Shown: positions 31,135 through 41,916 of the stretch, in pieces | Position numbering within the stretch: the first letter of the stretch is position 1 | How the letters are laid out: each line of letters starts with the position of its first letter | Assembly: GCA_963704655.1 (NCBI GenBank) | Contig: OY969927.1 | Span: forward strand, 1,234,078-1,298,077 | Origin: an uncultured Candidatus Babeliaceae bacterium | GTDB lineage: Bacteria > Babelota > Babeliae > Babelales > Babelaceae | Direction of reading: 5' to 3' | DNA: 64,000 nt | The notes under the pieces: model-generated | The model's database searches: none | Told to the model about the DNA's origin: nothing | What the model saw: only the letters and a program-made list of their open reading frames with translations | Position numbers and translations under genes: made by a program

Positions 31135-31500
31135 ATGAATATGCGTGTATCATTTAGAAACATGGAGTATAATGCTGCCATTGAAGAGTATGCCCTTAAA
31201 GAGTTGCCTAAATTAGATAAATTTTTTCAGCCTCATGATCCAACTGTTTCTATCGAGTTGGTTATGGATGTCGAAGGCGTCGACCATCGCTTATATCGAG
31301 CAGAACTTCGTGTGCATGACAAGCATGGGGATGTCGTTGCGCATGAGTTTGACCGCGATCTTTATGGCGTTATTTTGCAAGTAATTAAAAAGATGTACCA
31401 AGAGCTTTCTAAATCAAAAGGCAGGCGTTTAGACTTGCGCGATAAGCCAAATGATGATTATGCGCCTGTGCGTAAAGATAAAGCTGATTTTGAAAAATAA
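31135..31500 (+). CDS. hpf: Ribosome hibernation factor HPF/RaiA family
   Basis: MNMRVSFRNME...IEEYA...KLDKFF...DLYGVI; start placed at ATG after AAGGGG RBS. Confidence 0.75.
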   Translation: MNMRVSFRNMEYNAAIEEYALKELPKLDKFFQPHDPTVSIELVMDVEGVDHRLYRAELRVHDKHGDVVAHEFDRDLYGVILQVIKKMYQELSKSKGRRLDLRDKPNDDYAPVRKDKADFEK

Positions 31501-31501
31501 C

Positions 31502-32104
31502 TCACGGGTATCTAAAAAAATCTTCATGCTTTTTTGCAATTGCTGTGTATATGCTCGTAAATTGATCATCAACAGTACGGGAAACTTCCGCTTCCTTTCT
31601 ATCTGTGAAGCATTCATATATATATGAAGGAACAATAATAGAGGATAACACCATTGCCGTAAAGCACTCAGGTGATGCACCCAGCAGGCAAGCGCAGATG
31701 CCGGCGCAGCAACAATTTGTACACGTAGCAACACCGTACACTTTGCATATATGTTTTAAGCGGAGATTTTCGATATTAAATTGCGCTCTCTTTTTTTGTG
31801 AAATCCACTTTTGTAAAATCTCAAATTTTTGAGGTGCAAATTGATAATCTTTCGGTGAATTTATAGTGTTGAGTCTATGGGCCTTGAGTAATAAGCGCAT
31901 GCCAACGGCATCATGGGGTTCTATGATTGAAAAGCGTGTTAAATCGATTTGTGTATCTTGTACTTTTTGTTCAAAATCAGAAAAGTCACGTATAATTTCT
32001 TCTTGCAAAAGAATCTTTCGCGCATCATGCAAAAGTTGCATTGGTGATTCAGAGCAGTGGATAGCCAAACTAACAAAATGGAGAAAGCCTAATATTTTTT
32101 TCAT
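31502..32104 (-). CDS. Hypothetical secreted/membrane protein with Cys-rich hydrophobic segment; distant paralog of 32172..32894
   Basis: DAVGMRLLLKAHR vs DILGLKLLIQAHR. Confidence 0.6.
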   Translation of the reverse strand: MKKILGFLHFVSLAIHCSESPMQLLHDARKILLQEEIIRDFSDFEQKVQDTQIDLTRFSIIEPHDAVGMRLLLKAHRLNTINSPKDYQFAPQKFEILQKWISQKKRAQFNIENLRLKHICKVYGVATCTNCCCAGICACLLGASPECFTAMVLSSIIVPSYIYECFTDRKEAEVSRTVDDQFTSIYTAIAKKHEDFFRYP

Positions 32105-32171
32105 AAAGGCACCTTTTTTTGATTGTTAGTCTCAAGGCTACAAAATGCGTATTAAAAAAAGAAGAATTTTG

Positions 32172-32894
32172 TTAGTAGCTTTCGCCAAATAATTGATGCA
32201 TAACTTCTTGAGCCTCTTTGTTACCCGCTTTTCCAGCACGTTCCATAGTATTTATGTCTTTAAAAAAATCTGGCTCGGCTTCGAGTATCTGTGAAAATGC
32301 TTCTTTAAAATCATGATGCAAAAAACCGATTTTGTTAGAATATCTGCCTTGTGATGTACACAATGGTATACATAAAGTATAAGCGGCTGCCATTGTGGCA
32401 CTGGTAATACCGTAGGTTACTGTTGGGCCTAAAGCGCAGAGGCAAACCAATGAGGTGCTAGCTGTTGCAGCAAGGCAGTTTAATGTCGCTTCTTGAAAAT
32501 ATTCACTTTCATTATCAAGCTTTCTTTTAAATTCTCTTTCTTTCATTTCAATCCAGCTGTTCAAAATCTTATATTTTGGCAAAGTTAGTTGATGTAACAT
32601 TTCGACTTTGTCGGTGGTGTGTATAGTGCGATGGGCTTGTATGAGTAGTTTTAAGCCTAATATGTCATCGCTTTTTAGGTTTTGCGATAAATTGCCTTTA
32701 AAAATTATATCTTGAACATGCATTTCTAAATTATTTTTAATGGGATAAGAATCTCGCATGGAAATTTTTTGCAAAAGCACCTGTTCTGCGCCCTCTAATA
32801 AACTAATTGCGTGAATAGATAAACTTGCAAAAGTGAGTACTGCTATTATTTTTTTCATAAGATATACATGCCCTGGTTTTGATTGTGCGGTCAA
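32172..32894 (-). CDS. Hypothetical secreted/membrane protein (start probably the internal MKKII)
   Basis: Paralog of neighbour. Confidence 0.6.
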   Translation of the reverse strand: MTAQSKPGHVYLMKKIIAVLTFASLSIHAISLLEGAEQVLLQKISMRDSYPIKNNLEMHVQDIIFKGNLSQNLKSDDILGLKLLIQAHRTIHTTDKVEMLHQLTLPKYKILNSWIEMKEREFKRKLDNESEYFQEATLNCLAATASTSLVCLCALGPTVTYGITSATMAAAYTLCIPLCTSQGRYSNKIGFLHHDFKEAFSQILEAEPDFFKDINTMERAGKAGNKEAQEVMHQLFGESY

Positions 32895-32938
32895 AGGATA
32901 GTATATTTCATGAAGATTTGCAAAAAAATTACTTTATC

Positions 32939-34204
32939 TTACCCAAGCAGTAAGAAATATATCAACAATAAGTTTACCAACACTATAACCGTTGCGATAA
33001 GATATGCAGATATTTTAAGTGCAAAAGAGTTTGCGAGATTGCCCATAATAGATCGATTATTGGTAAATTGAATAAGCGGAAAGACCGCAAAGGGCAGTTG
33101 TAGGCTTAAAATAATTTGGCTGAAAATCATCATATGCGCAAGGCAGCATTCACCAAACATAATAATGCCAATCAGCGCAGGGATAATAGTAATAAAGCGT
33201 CCAATGAGCCTTCGTGCCCATGCAGGAATTTTTATATTAATAAATCCTTCCATAATAATTTGGCCCGCAAGTGTTCCGGTGAGCGTTGAATTTTGTCCAG
33301 AAATTAATAATGCTATGGCAAAGACAAAGCTTGCAATCTGTGTATTTAAAAGTGGCGTAAGTAAGTAATAAGCATCCTGAATCTCGGTAACATTATGAAA
33401 GCCCTTTTTATAAAAAACTGCTGCAGAAACAATTAAAATCGCAGCGTTTATGAAAAATGCAAACGTAAGCGCGATAGACGAGTCTAGCCCAGAATAAAAG
33501 ATGGTTGTTCTTTTTGTAGCATCACTTTCTGAAGGGTCCTTTTTTAGCAGTGCAGAGTGTAAGTATAAATTATGGGGCATCACGGTAGCGCCTAATATGC
33601 CAATTGCAAGATAGAGCATATTTGGATCTTGTAAAATCACAGGCGCTGGAACAAAGCCCTTAAAGATATCGAGCCACACAGGGTCTGCTATATAAATAAT
33701 AATACCAAAGCAGACGGTTATTGCACCAATAAGCGTAGCTACCAAAATCTCTACGGTCTTCATGTGGTTATGTGCAAGCAGCAGTAATAATAGAACGTCA
33801 GCGCCGGTAATACAAACGCCCCACATAAGCGGAATGCCAAACAATAGTTGCAAGCCAATAGCAGAACCGATAACTTCAGCAAGGTCAGTTGCTATAACGG
33901 CACATTCAGCTAAAATCCATAAAAATCGAGAAAGCATCGGACTATAATAATCTCTGCAGGCTCGTGCAAGGTCCTTGCCTGTTACGATGCCCAATTTTAA
34001 AGCACAAAACTGCAAGAGCATGGCCATGAAATTGGATATTAAGATAACAGACAATAAGGTGTATCCATAGGCAGAACCGCCAGAAAGATCTGTTGCCCAG
34101 TTTCCTGGGTCCATGTAGCCAACGGCAATTAAATATCCCGGGCCAGTGTACGCTAAAAATCGCCTAAAATGTAGTATGGTTTTTTTTAAAAGTGATAGTG
34201 CCAT
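32939..34204 (-). CDS. mntH: Nramp divalent metal transporter
   Basis: GYMDPGNWATD, GATVMPHNLYLHS. Confidence 0.95.
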   Translation of the reverse strand: MALSLLKKTILHFRRFLAYTGPGYLIAVGYMDPGNWATDLSGGSAYGYTLLSVILISNFMAMLLQFCALKLGIVTGKDLARACRDYYSPMLSRFLWILAECAVIATDLAEVIGSAIGLQLLFGIPLMWGVCITGADVLLLLLLAHNHMKTVEILVATLIGAITVCFGIIIYIADPVWLDIFKGFVPAPVILQDPNMLYLAIGILGATVMPHNLYLHSALLKKDPSESDATKRTTIFYSGLDSSIALTFAFFINAAILIVSAAVFYKKGFHNVTEIQDAYYLLTPLLNTQIASFVFAIALLISGQNSTLTGTLAGQIIMEGFINIKIPAWARRLIGRFITIIPALIGIIMFGECCLAHMMIFSQIILSLQLPFAVFPLIQFTNNRSIMGNLANSFALKISAYLIATVIVLVNLLLIYFLLLG

Positions 34205-34255
34205 ACTTAAAAGTATAACGTTTTTTTAAATTTTTATACTTTTTGTACGGGTATT

Positions 34256-36226
34256 TTATTCTTCTTTTTTAGTATGAAAAAAACGATGGTACACATGTGG
34301 ATTTTTTGAATCTTCATAACCATAATGGAAAGCGCCATCAAACACTTTACCCGTTCTTCCCGTTATAAGCGTTCCTGGAATTACATAGGTAAGTCGCATC
34401 TCGCCTTGATATTCTTCAGCTTTTTTAAACCCATACAGTTGGCACACAACATCGACCATTTCAGGAAACGCATGGCGTATTGCGCTGTGATATTCACCTA
34501 TCGAGAGTTTTTCAGGAGTTTTAAGCTGGTCAAAATATATCTCTATGCGTTCAGTGCTATATAATAAGGTTTTGACATTGCGTAATCGTCTTTTTTTCTT
34601 TTCATTATTGATCTGCAATAGCGCCACCGTACCATCAGATGCTCTTTCTATGGTAATAGTATTATCACGAGAATTTACTGCAGCAACACGGCTATTATCC
34701 CGTGTTGAAAATTTCTCATTAAGTTTATTTTTAAAATCTGCTTCTTGTGATTTTATCTTTGCAAGAGCAACTTGTTCGGCCGTTGGCCTATGGATTTTTT
34801 TCTGGTGTTTTCTAGCTGCTGTTTGTTGAGTTGGTTCCTGTTCTGTTTCTTCTTGGGATATATGGGGAAATTCAATGGTATCGGCAGCTTTTTGTGCAGC
34901 TGGTTCTTGAGCTTCCTCTACAATTTTTGCTTGTATATCATCAAGATATTTTTGAAACCGGATATTGCCATCGGCAATGGTAAGCTCATAATACTTTTTT
35001 GCGAGCATCAGATTTTGTTCAGTACCGACGCCATAGTGGTACATAAGCGCTTTATGAGCAAAGTTTTTGTTGTCCTGTGACTCTAGGATCGATTTGTATA
35101 ACGCATCTGCTTTTTCGTAGTCGACGTTGCCTTCAAAACCGGTTTCATAAAAAAAAGCAAGGTTATAATTTGCACTGATATCAGTTACAGATGCTTGTTT
35201 GAAAAGCTCAAAGGCTTTATGGAGATCGGGCTCGCCCTGAACGCCCTGGTCATCTATTCCGATTTGTGCAAGTTCCCCTAGTGTTGTAAGCGCGAAAGGG
35301 TTGCCATGCTGTGCTGCCTTTTTGAAATAGGAGATCGCTATTGCTACGTCATGCACCCCATCAACATACCCTTCAAGATAGAAAACCCCTACATTAAAGA
35401 GCGCATTGGGAAAGTTTTGTTCGGCGGCTTTTTCGAATAATTCAAATGCTCTATTCAAATCTTGATCGGTACCTTTACCTTTTAAAAATAATAAAGCCGC
35501 AACTGTTTGCGCTCTCGGGTCACCTTGATTAGCGGCTTTCATGTAATATTTAAGTGCGCGTGGTAAATTTTGTTGTACAAAATTCCCTTTTTGATAACAT
35601 TCACCAAGTTCAAGTTGCGCCTCTACATAGTTGTAGGTTGTAGCAAGTGTTTCAAGAATATTAATTCCACGTCTTGTATCTTTAAGCGCAATCTCTATTG
35701 CTGTTTTAAAAAGTAATTGGTGGTTGTTTTCATAGATAGGTTTCAAACTATCGAGTATTTTGGCACTTAGATCTACGGGGATCCCTCTGCATTCGCCCAA
35801 ACGGTAGAGTAATGAAAAGGCATCTTGATTACCCGCTTGTGCTAAATTTAAAAGCTCTTGAAAGTTTTCTTCTATATATTCACTAAAGCATTGATTTTCA
35901 TTCACGCACATTTTTACCGCTGCATTGCGTCCTTCAACAAGAGATTTTCCTGCAATAAGAAACTGTTTAAATGCGGACTTTGGGTTCTTTGCGGGCAAAC
36001 CTAGACCATCGAGCAATTTTTTACCAATTTGCAAGTGTGCTTGGCCGGGAGCTTTGGCAAATTTTTTTTGTATTTCTGGAATAGTAAGATGCTCTAAATC
36101 GTGTGTTATTGGTGCCTGCAAGGCCTCAAGAATAGCTGTGCATACTAATGGTAGAAAAATTATACATAAAAAGGGTAAACTTTTTTTACATGGTATTTTA
36201 CATGGTATCATGGTATACGCCCCCAA
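34256..36226 (-). CDS. Sel1-like repeat protein with conserved C-terminal domain
   Basis: AQLELGECYQKG, ALFNVGVFYLEG repeats; C-terminal RHAFP...YHRFFH. Confidence 0.85.
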   Translation of the reverse strand: MGAYTMIPCKIPCKKSLPFLCIIFLPLVCTAILEALQAPITHDLEHLTIPEIQKKFAKAPGQAHLQIGKKLLDGLGLPAKNPKSAFKQFLIAGKSLVEGRNAAVKMCVNENQCFSEYIEENFQELLNLAQAGNQDAFSLLYRLGECRGIPVDLSAKILDSLKPIYENNHQLLFKTAIEIALKDTRRGINILETLATTYNYVEAQLELGECYQKGNFVQQNLPRALKYYMKAANQGDPRAQTVAALLFLKGKGTDQDLNRAFELFEKAAEQNFPNALFNVGVFYLEGYVDGVHDVAIAISYFKKAAQHGNPFALTTLGELAQIGIDDQGVQGEPDLHKAFELFKQASVTDISANYNLAFFYETGFEGNVDYEKADALYKSILESQDNKNFAHKALMYHYGVGTEQNLMLAKKYYELTIADGNIRFQKYLDDIQAKIVEEAQEPAAQKAADTIEFPHISQEETEQEPTQQTAARKHQKKIHRPTAEQVALAKIKSQEADFKNKLNEKFSTRDNSRVAAVNSRDNTITIERASDGTVALLQINNEKKKRRLRNVKTLLYSTERIEIYFDQLKTPEKLSIGEYHSAIRHAFPEMVDVVCQLYGFKKAEEYQGEMRLTYVIPGTLITGRTGKVFDGAFHYGYEDSKNPHVYHRFFHTKKEE

Positions 36227-36319
36227 AACTTTTGATACATTTGTTTACTAGGTAATGTAACAGATTTTGGGATAAAAAATATATAAAAAGTTTAGTTTTT
36301 TTGTTATAAAGGCTTTTCT

Positions 36320-36751
36320 GTGGAAGATGATCTGCGTGTTAAAGAGAATATAATAATTCCAGGCAATGAGCTTGAGGTTGCTGCAAGTAGGTCTGGCGGT
36401 CCTGGTGGCCAGCATGTGAATAAATCGAGCACGCGTATAAGTTTGCGTTGGAACGTGCAAAACAGCAGTGCATTAACCGAAGAACAGAAAGTTCGTGTTC
36501 TAGAAAAACTTCACAATAAATTAACTACAGAGGGCGATTTAATTATCCACAGCAGTGAATCACGAAGTCAGCAACATAATAAGCAGCAGGCCCGTGATCG
36601 ACTTGTAGATGAAATTCGACGCGCATTATATGTGCCCAAAAAAAGAATGGCAACACGTGCAACAAAATCTGCTGTTGAAAAACGGTTACACAAAAAATCG
36701 ATTCGTGGCACCATCAAAAAAATGCGCAGCAAAAGGATAGTCGAAGATTAA
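36320..36751 (+). CDS. arfB: Alternative ribosome rescue peptidyl-tRNA hydrolase ArfB
   Basis: RSGGPGGQHVNK, RSQQHN, basic tail. Confidence 0.92.
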   Translation: MEDDLRVKENIIIPGNELEVAASRSGGPGGQHVNKSSTRISLRWNVQNSSALTEEQKVRVLEKLHNKLTTEGDLIIHSSESRSQQHNKQQARDRLVDEIRRALYVPKKRMATRATKSAVEKRLHKKSIRGTIKKMRSKRIVED

Positions 36752-37305
36752 TAGCTGAAGCCTAAACCTGCTCTTAGGCCATATCCGCCGAAATTATATC
36801 GTTCTTTGTTGATAGTTGTTTTGGGAAATAGATAGCGAAAGGCCCCGGTTATATAAAAATGTTTACACGGTAAGTAATTTATACCAACTTCAGCTTCGCC
36901 AATCCCAACAGTATCTTTTGCTTTTCCAAGGTAACTTTTTTCAGTAACAAAAATTGCTCCACCCCCAAGCGATGCATAGGCTTGTAGATGGTTTCCGGTT
37001 TTAGCTCTTACATAAAAGATAAGCGGGACCTCTTGCAGATGTGTTTTTTTCTTTAAATACGTTGTTTTGCCCGTTGCGTGCCAATAACTTGTTTTTATCC
37101 CAAAGCCCCAATGGTGCCATGGGTAATAGCACGCATCGGCGGTTATAATATCGGGAATTCCACTGCCATAAACTTTTTTGAAATAGGGGTCATTTTTCCA
37201 AATGTATCCTGATGAAAGTGCAAAATCAAAATTATTATGGGAGCATGATTCTTCACCCCAAGCTGATGATATAAAAAAAGTTAATAAAAAAAGATATTTT
37301 TTCAT
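36748..37305 (-). CDS. Outer-membrane beta-barrel protein (8-strand type)
   Basis: Signal peptide, terminal LRAGLGFSY. Confidence 0.7.
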   Translation of the reverse strand: MKKYLFLLTFFISSAWGEESCSHNNFDFALSSGYIWKNDPYFKKVYGSGIPDIITADACYYPWHHWGFGIKTSYWHATGKTTYLKKKTHLQEVPLIFYVRAKTGNHLQAYASLGGGAIFVTEKSYLGKAKDTVGIGEAEVGINYLPCKHFYITGAFRYLFPKTTINKERYNFGGYGLRAGLGFSY

Positions 37306-38561
37306 TGGGTAACCTTACACACTTTTTTGCCTTTGAGCCACATTCTTTCACATACTTTAGGAAAAGTTGCTCCTGGCGCTATAATTGTCGCGTAACCAAT
37401 TGCAGCGCTTGCAAAACCATTGGCGTTTTCTACCCCACCAGAATGGGCATGCGGGTTTGGAGTGAGATGAGTCAGACTGTTTGTACCGCCAGAAAACCAC
37501 ATTTGTAATGGGTAAAGTTGTGTGCATGAACAGTCGATAGTAGGTGGTCCACTTATAACCACAGTAGGTGCCAAGGTTCGTCCACTTCGCCACGCTTCAC
37601 CCGAATCAAGCACGGTAAAAATTGGGTTGTTTGGATCTGTTGTCCATGTTATACCATCTTGCGAACTTGCATGGCCGATGCCAAAAGCGTATGCAAAATT
37701 TGCATAGTCTGGGTTATCAAAATCATTGGCCCCGGAATAGAACATGTGGTAAGTATCGTTTATTTTAATGACCGATGCCCGATAGGCATAGGTGCCGTCC
37801 CACACGGCATTATTTCCAACAGGAAGTAACACAGGCTCTGCACCATAGCGAAACCAATGTATTCCATCTTGACTATAAGCTAAGCCAACAGCCTCTTCAG
37901 TTTTTTGTGGTGGATCTTCTGCGGCAGAGGAATCAAAAAAGGTTACGTAAGGATAGGTAAAAGGCTGCCCCGGTGTTGATGTAGCTGATGGGTTATAAAG
38001 GACTTGCCCAAATCCATAAAATTCATAAAAAGGAGAAACGCCACCTTGTGTGATGTCACATAAGAAACAAGTTGCATCTTGTGTTGTTGCTGCAGGTGTT
38101 GTCCAGGTAATGCCATCAATAGATTGGGTAAATTTAATGCCCAAAAAAGGTGGACTAAAAGCTATATCATTTGTCCAGTACCACATTTTATAATAATAGG
38201 GTCCACCGCCAAAACCATTTTTGTCATAGACAACTGAGGCATGTAGAGGGATGCTTGGTGCTATGGAAGGGTCAATAACAACCTGGCCGACAAGCTGCCA
38301 GTTAATGCCATCATTTGAATAAGAAAGAGCGATACCAGTTGGCCCTTGGTGCCACATTTTATAGAGATATGCTGCGCCATTGCCGTCAAACTTATTTTGA
38401 TTGAAAATAACGCATGGGAAATAGTCATCGGGTAAACTTGCTACTGGATAGGGTGCATATACAGGATCACCGGGATATTCTGTCCAGTCAGTATAATTAT
38501 AAGCTTTTAAAGAAAATACAGATATTATACACAACAAAAAAAATATTTTTTTTCTTAACAT
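37302..38561 (-). CDS. Secreted glycosyl hydrolase-like five-bladed beta-propeller
   Basis: Repeated YKMW/MFYSG and S.DGI.W motifs. Confidence 0.7.
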   Translation of the reverse strand: MLRKKIFFLLCIISVFSLKAYNYTDWTEYPGDPVYAPYPVASLPDDYFPCVIFNQNKFDGNGAAYLYKMWHQGPTGIALSYSNDGINWQLVGQVVIDPSIAPSIPLHASVVYDKNGFGGGPYYYKMWYWTNDIAFSPPFLGIKFTQSIDGITWTTPAATTQDATCFLCDITQGGVSPFYEFYGFGQVLYNPSATSTPGQPFTYPYVTFFDSSAAEDPPQKTEEAVGLAYSQDGIHWFRYGAEPVLLPVGNNAVWDGTYAYRASVIKINDTYHMFYSGANDFDNPDYANFAYAFGIGHASSQDGITWTTDPNNPIFTVLDSGEAWRSGRTLAPTVVISGPPTIDCSCTQLYPLQMWFSGGTNSLTHLTPNPHAHSGGVENANGFASAAIGYATIIAPGATFPKVCERMWLKGKKVCKVTQ

Positions 38562-38779
38562 CTAATCCTCTTATTTTTTTATAAAATAGTGCAAGCAAAT
38601 TTATATTCACTTTAGTGGTGTAACATAATGCTTCAAATGGGGTAAAGAGTTGCACGCGATTTGTATATTTTCTAGGATCATAAAAGATAAAAATAATTTA
38701 ATGTTATTGAAATTATATATTAGAATAAATTATGCTGCATTTAGATTTTAGATCACCATTGTACTATGGGGCAAAAAGT

Positions 38780-39412
38780 ATGAAATTTAAAGACCGTTTT
38801 GATGCTGCTCGACAACTGGCAGTAAAGCTTAAGCCGTATGCCGGCAAGCCAGACACCATAATTATCGCCATTCCACGGGGTGGTTTACAATTGGGCTATG
38901 TCTTATCACAAGATTTACAATTACCATTAGATGTCATGTTTATTAAAAAAATTGGGTATCCAGATAATCCTGAATATGCTATTGGCGCTGTAAGCCTTAC
39001 GCATTCAGTTGTAGATGAGCAATATGCTCATAATTCCCTTTTTAAAGAACATATCGCACGTGAAATTAAATCTATACGCGCATTACTCCAGGAACGTGTT
39101 AAGCGTTATTTGGGCGATAGACAACCTTGTGTAATAAAGGATAAAACTATTATCGTTGTTGATGATGGTGTAGCAACAGGGGCAACATTGCTTGCCGCTC
39201 TTGAGCTGATCAAGCAAGATAAACCTGCAAAGATTATTGTTGCATTACCGGTCTGTCCACCAGGTACCCTTGAACTTTTGCAACAACATGCTGATGAAGT
39301 TGTCTGTTTATTGGTGCCACGTTTATTTTTTGGCGTAGGTCAATTTTATGATGATTTTGAGCAAGTTGATGACAAGCAAGCGATCGAACTTTTACATAAG
39401 GCACGAAAATGA
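38780..39412 (+). CDS. Phosphoribosyltransferase family protein
   Basis: FKDRFDAA, IPRGG, VVDDGVATGAT, VGQFYDDFEQV; start placed at internal MKFKDR. Confidence 0.9.
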   Translation: MKFKDRFDAARQLAVKLKPYAGKPDTIIIAIPRGGLQLGYVLSQDLQLPLDVMFIKKIGYPDNPEYAIGAVSLTHSVVDEQYAHNSLFKEHIAREIKSIRALLQERVKRYLGDRQPCVIKDKTIIVVDDGVATGATLLAALELIKQDKPAKIIVALPVCPPGTLELLQQHADEVVCLLVPRLFFGVGQFYDDFEQVDDKQAIELLHKARK

Positions 39413-40260
39413 TACTGTTTTCTACTAAAAGTTCACGACATATTGCTGAAAAGATTTCCGCACATCACGGTGCATGCACCGTTAAATATTTTAGTGATGG
39501 TGAGATGTTTGTACGCATTGACCAAGATGTTAAGTCGCAACGCGTGTGGGTTCTTGCATCGACCCAAGCGCCAGCAGAAAATCTTTTAGAACTTTTCTTA
39601 TTATTAGATGCTTTACAGCACGCAGGTGCACGTATTTCACTTTTTATCACCTACTTTGCTTATGCGCGTCAGGTTCGTGCTGCGCCGGGTGAAGCGCATA
39701 GTGCAGAGCTTATAAGCTCTTTTTTTAAAAGATTTACATTTGAAAAAACGTATATTTTACATGCGCATAGCAGATCGTTACACAATTTTTTAGAATATAG
39801 TGATGTTAAAGATATATCTTTTTTTTGTGATGCTGCAGCTGATTATGATGCTCTTGTTGCGCCAGATCAGGGGGCATATAGCTTGGCAGCTGAAATTGCA
39901 AAACTATGTAATAAAGAAATAATTGTATTAACAAAGACACGCCCTGACCATGAACAGGTTAAAATTGTTGCAGTTGATGGCAATGTTCAAGGAAAGCGGC
40001 TTTTAATTATTGACGATATTATTTCAACGGGCCGCACGCTTGTTGAAGCTGCTCATGCACTTAAAAATATGGGCGCAGCTTCGATTGCTGCCGCTGCAAC
40101 GCATGGTGTCTTTTCACCTGGTGCAGTCGATTTTCTTGAAAAAAGCATTCTTGAAAAAATTATCGTTACCAATTCTCTTGCTCAACAGCCACGCGGCAAA
40201 ATCCATGTGCACGATATCAGCAGCTTTATTGCGCAAACTATGCTGAATAATAATTTATAA
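39409..40260 (+). CDS. prs: Ribose-phosphate pyrophosphokinase
   Basis: FSDGE, YFAYARQ, APDQG, IIDDIISTGRT, ATHGVF. Confidence 0.88.
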   Translation: MILFSTKSSRHIAEKISAHHGACTVKYFSDGEMFVRIDQDVKSQRVWVLASTQAPAENLLELFLLLDALQHAGARISLFITYFAYARQVRAAPGEAHSAELISSFFKRFTFEKTYILHAHSRSLHNFLEYSDVKDISFFCDAAADYDALVAPDQGAYSLAAEIAKLCNKEIIVLTKTRPDHEQVKIVAVDGNVQGKRLLIIDDIISTGRTLVEAAHALKNMGAASIAAAATHGVFSPGAVDFLEKSILEKIIVTNSLAQQPRGKIHVHDISSFIAQTMLNNNL

Positions 40261-41568
40261 TCCTGTTGGGTAGCCTTCCGGGACTTCTCCACGCAACCAT
40301 TGTGATGTTTTTTCAAGGGGTTCAACAGCGTCAGTGGTATCGCAGTGGATAATTGCATCAAATTGTAATTGTATCTGTGCTTTAAAATAATGGCTCGCTC
40401 GTTCGCTTTGTGGACGATAAATAACGCCAATTGCACGTTCAAGAAGTTGCTTATGCATGTCGATATCTTTTGAAAAGAGTAAGAAATTAGGAATCCCAAC
40501 TTCATGAAAAAGTGTTTCGTAACTTCCAGAAAGTCCTGGGCGGATATCTTTTTTTTCTACCGGAGCGTGCCATGTCGATGCTGCTGAAACAGTGCCGGTA
40601 TACGTAGTAAACCCAACAGAAATTGCCTGTTGCTGAAACTGTTCTTTTACTAATTGCCCAATGTTATGTTCGCCTTCCAGACCCATCTGAGTTGCGCTTG
40701 CATTGCCGATATGTGAGTTGTGTGCCCAAATAATATATTTTGGCGATTCTATGCCTTTGAGTTTATCATGGGCTATTAATGCATTAAGTGTTTCATGCAT
40801 ATGTGAATCGCGTAGGTTCCAATTACTCACTTCATCGATAAAAAGGGAACGGTAATAATTTTCAGCATTTTTCACAACACGTGCATTTTGTTCTGCATAA
40901 AATGCTTGGTCAGCTGTGGTAAGTCCTTCTTTTTGTAAATATTCCCACGTTTGTTGTTGAACAAATTTTAGCGCTTGCATAACATCATCTTGGCATGATT
41001 GTAATCTTTGCAAAAAGACAGCGTGCCCATATTCTTGCGGGTCACGCTTGAAGTTATCAAGGCATGCATAGTAGTTGCGTGCTTGTGCAGCAGCTGCTGG
41101 GTCAATTTTTTCAAAATAAGTAACTACTGCGTCTATTGAACGGTATAAGCTATAAAGATCAAGACCATAAAATGATACTTTTGTTTCAAGTTCTTGCTGA
41201 GTATTATGCTTTGTAAGCCACTCAATAAGTTGTACCATGGGGACATTGCGCCACATCCAGGTAGGGAACTTATCAAATGATGCAAGAGCTTCCTGTGCAT
41301 TGGAATGTTCTTGTTGATGTATATATCTATTAACATGATATGCATCTGGCCAATCGCCTTCTATCGCAACTGCAGTGAAATTTTTTTCTGTAATAAGTCG
41401 TTGAGTTATTTTCGCCCTGATATCATAAAATTGATGGGTGCCATGTGAGGCTTCACCAAGCATTACTATGTGTGCGTCACCAATAGCGTCCAGCAAAGCA
41501 TCATAATCGTTCGGTCCGCCAGAAAGTGGGATAACATGTTCTTTAAAGTCTGGTGATTGTTGCTTCAT
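40255..41568 (-). CDS. Erythromycin esterase family protein
   Basis: GEASHGT, IEGDWPD, FPTWMWRN, WNLRDSHM, WAHNSHIG. Confidence 0.9.
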   Translation of the reverse strand: MKQQSPDFKEHVIPLSGGPNDYDALLDAIGDAHIVMLGEASHGTHQFYDIRAKITQRLITEKNFTAVAIEGDWPDAYHVNRYIHQQEHSNAQEALASFDKFPTWMWRNVPMVQLIEWLTKHNTQQELETKVSFYGLDLYSLYRSIDAVVTYFEKIDPAAAAQARNYYACLDNFKRDPQEYGHAVFLQRLQSCQDDVMQALKFVQQQTWEYLQKEGLTTADQAFYAEQNARVVKNAENYYRSLFIDEVSNWNLRDSHMHETLNALIAHDKLKGIESPKYIIWAHNSHIGNASATQMGLEGEHNIGQLVKEQFQQQAISVGFTTYTGTVSAASTWHAPVEKKDIRPGLSGSYETLFHEVGIPNFLLFSKDIDMHKQLLERAIGVIYRPQSERASHYFKAQIQLQFDAIIHCDTTDAVEPLEKTSQWLRGEVPEGYPTGL

Positions 41569-41618
41569 AACGCTCCTTAAAAGTATCTTTTGTATAGTAA
41601 TACTAAAAAAGAGGGCGC

Positions 41619-41906
41619 ATGAAGAAGAAAATTACAAAAAAGTGGGTAAAGCATGTGCAAGAGACATCATTTGCCATGGATCTTCCAGAGGGCATCTTTA
41701 CACGCTCGGCGCCAGAGATTGCTCGTGAATTAAAGCAGGCAGTTCTTGAAAGCACCCGAACCAAAGGGACAAAGTTCCAGTCAGCTATGTCGATGCTTAA
41801 TTATTATATTAACCGCGCAGGCAAACATTTAAATCCAGAAGACAAAGCGCGGCTTGAAGATGCAAAAGATGAATTAAGAAAAATTTTTAATAAAGAAGTT
41901 TCTTGA
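41619..41906 (+). CDS. DUF3175 family protein
   Basis: MDLPEGIFT, SAMSMLNYYINRAGKHL, AKDELR. Confidence 0.8.
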   Translation: MKKKITKKWVKHVQETSFAMDLPEGIFTRSAPEIARELKQAVLESTRTKGTKFQSAMSMLNYYINRAGKHLNPEDKARLEDAKDELRKIFNKEVS

Positions 41907-41916
41907 AAGGCATAGT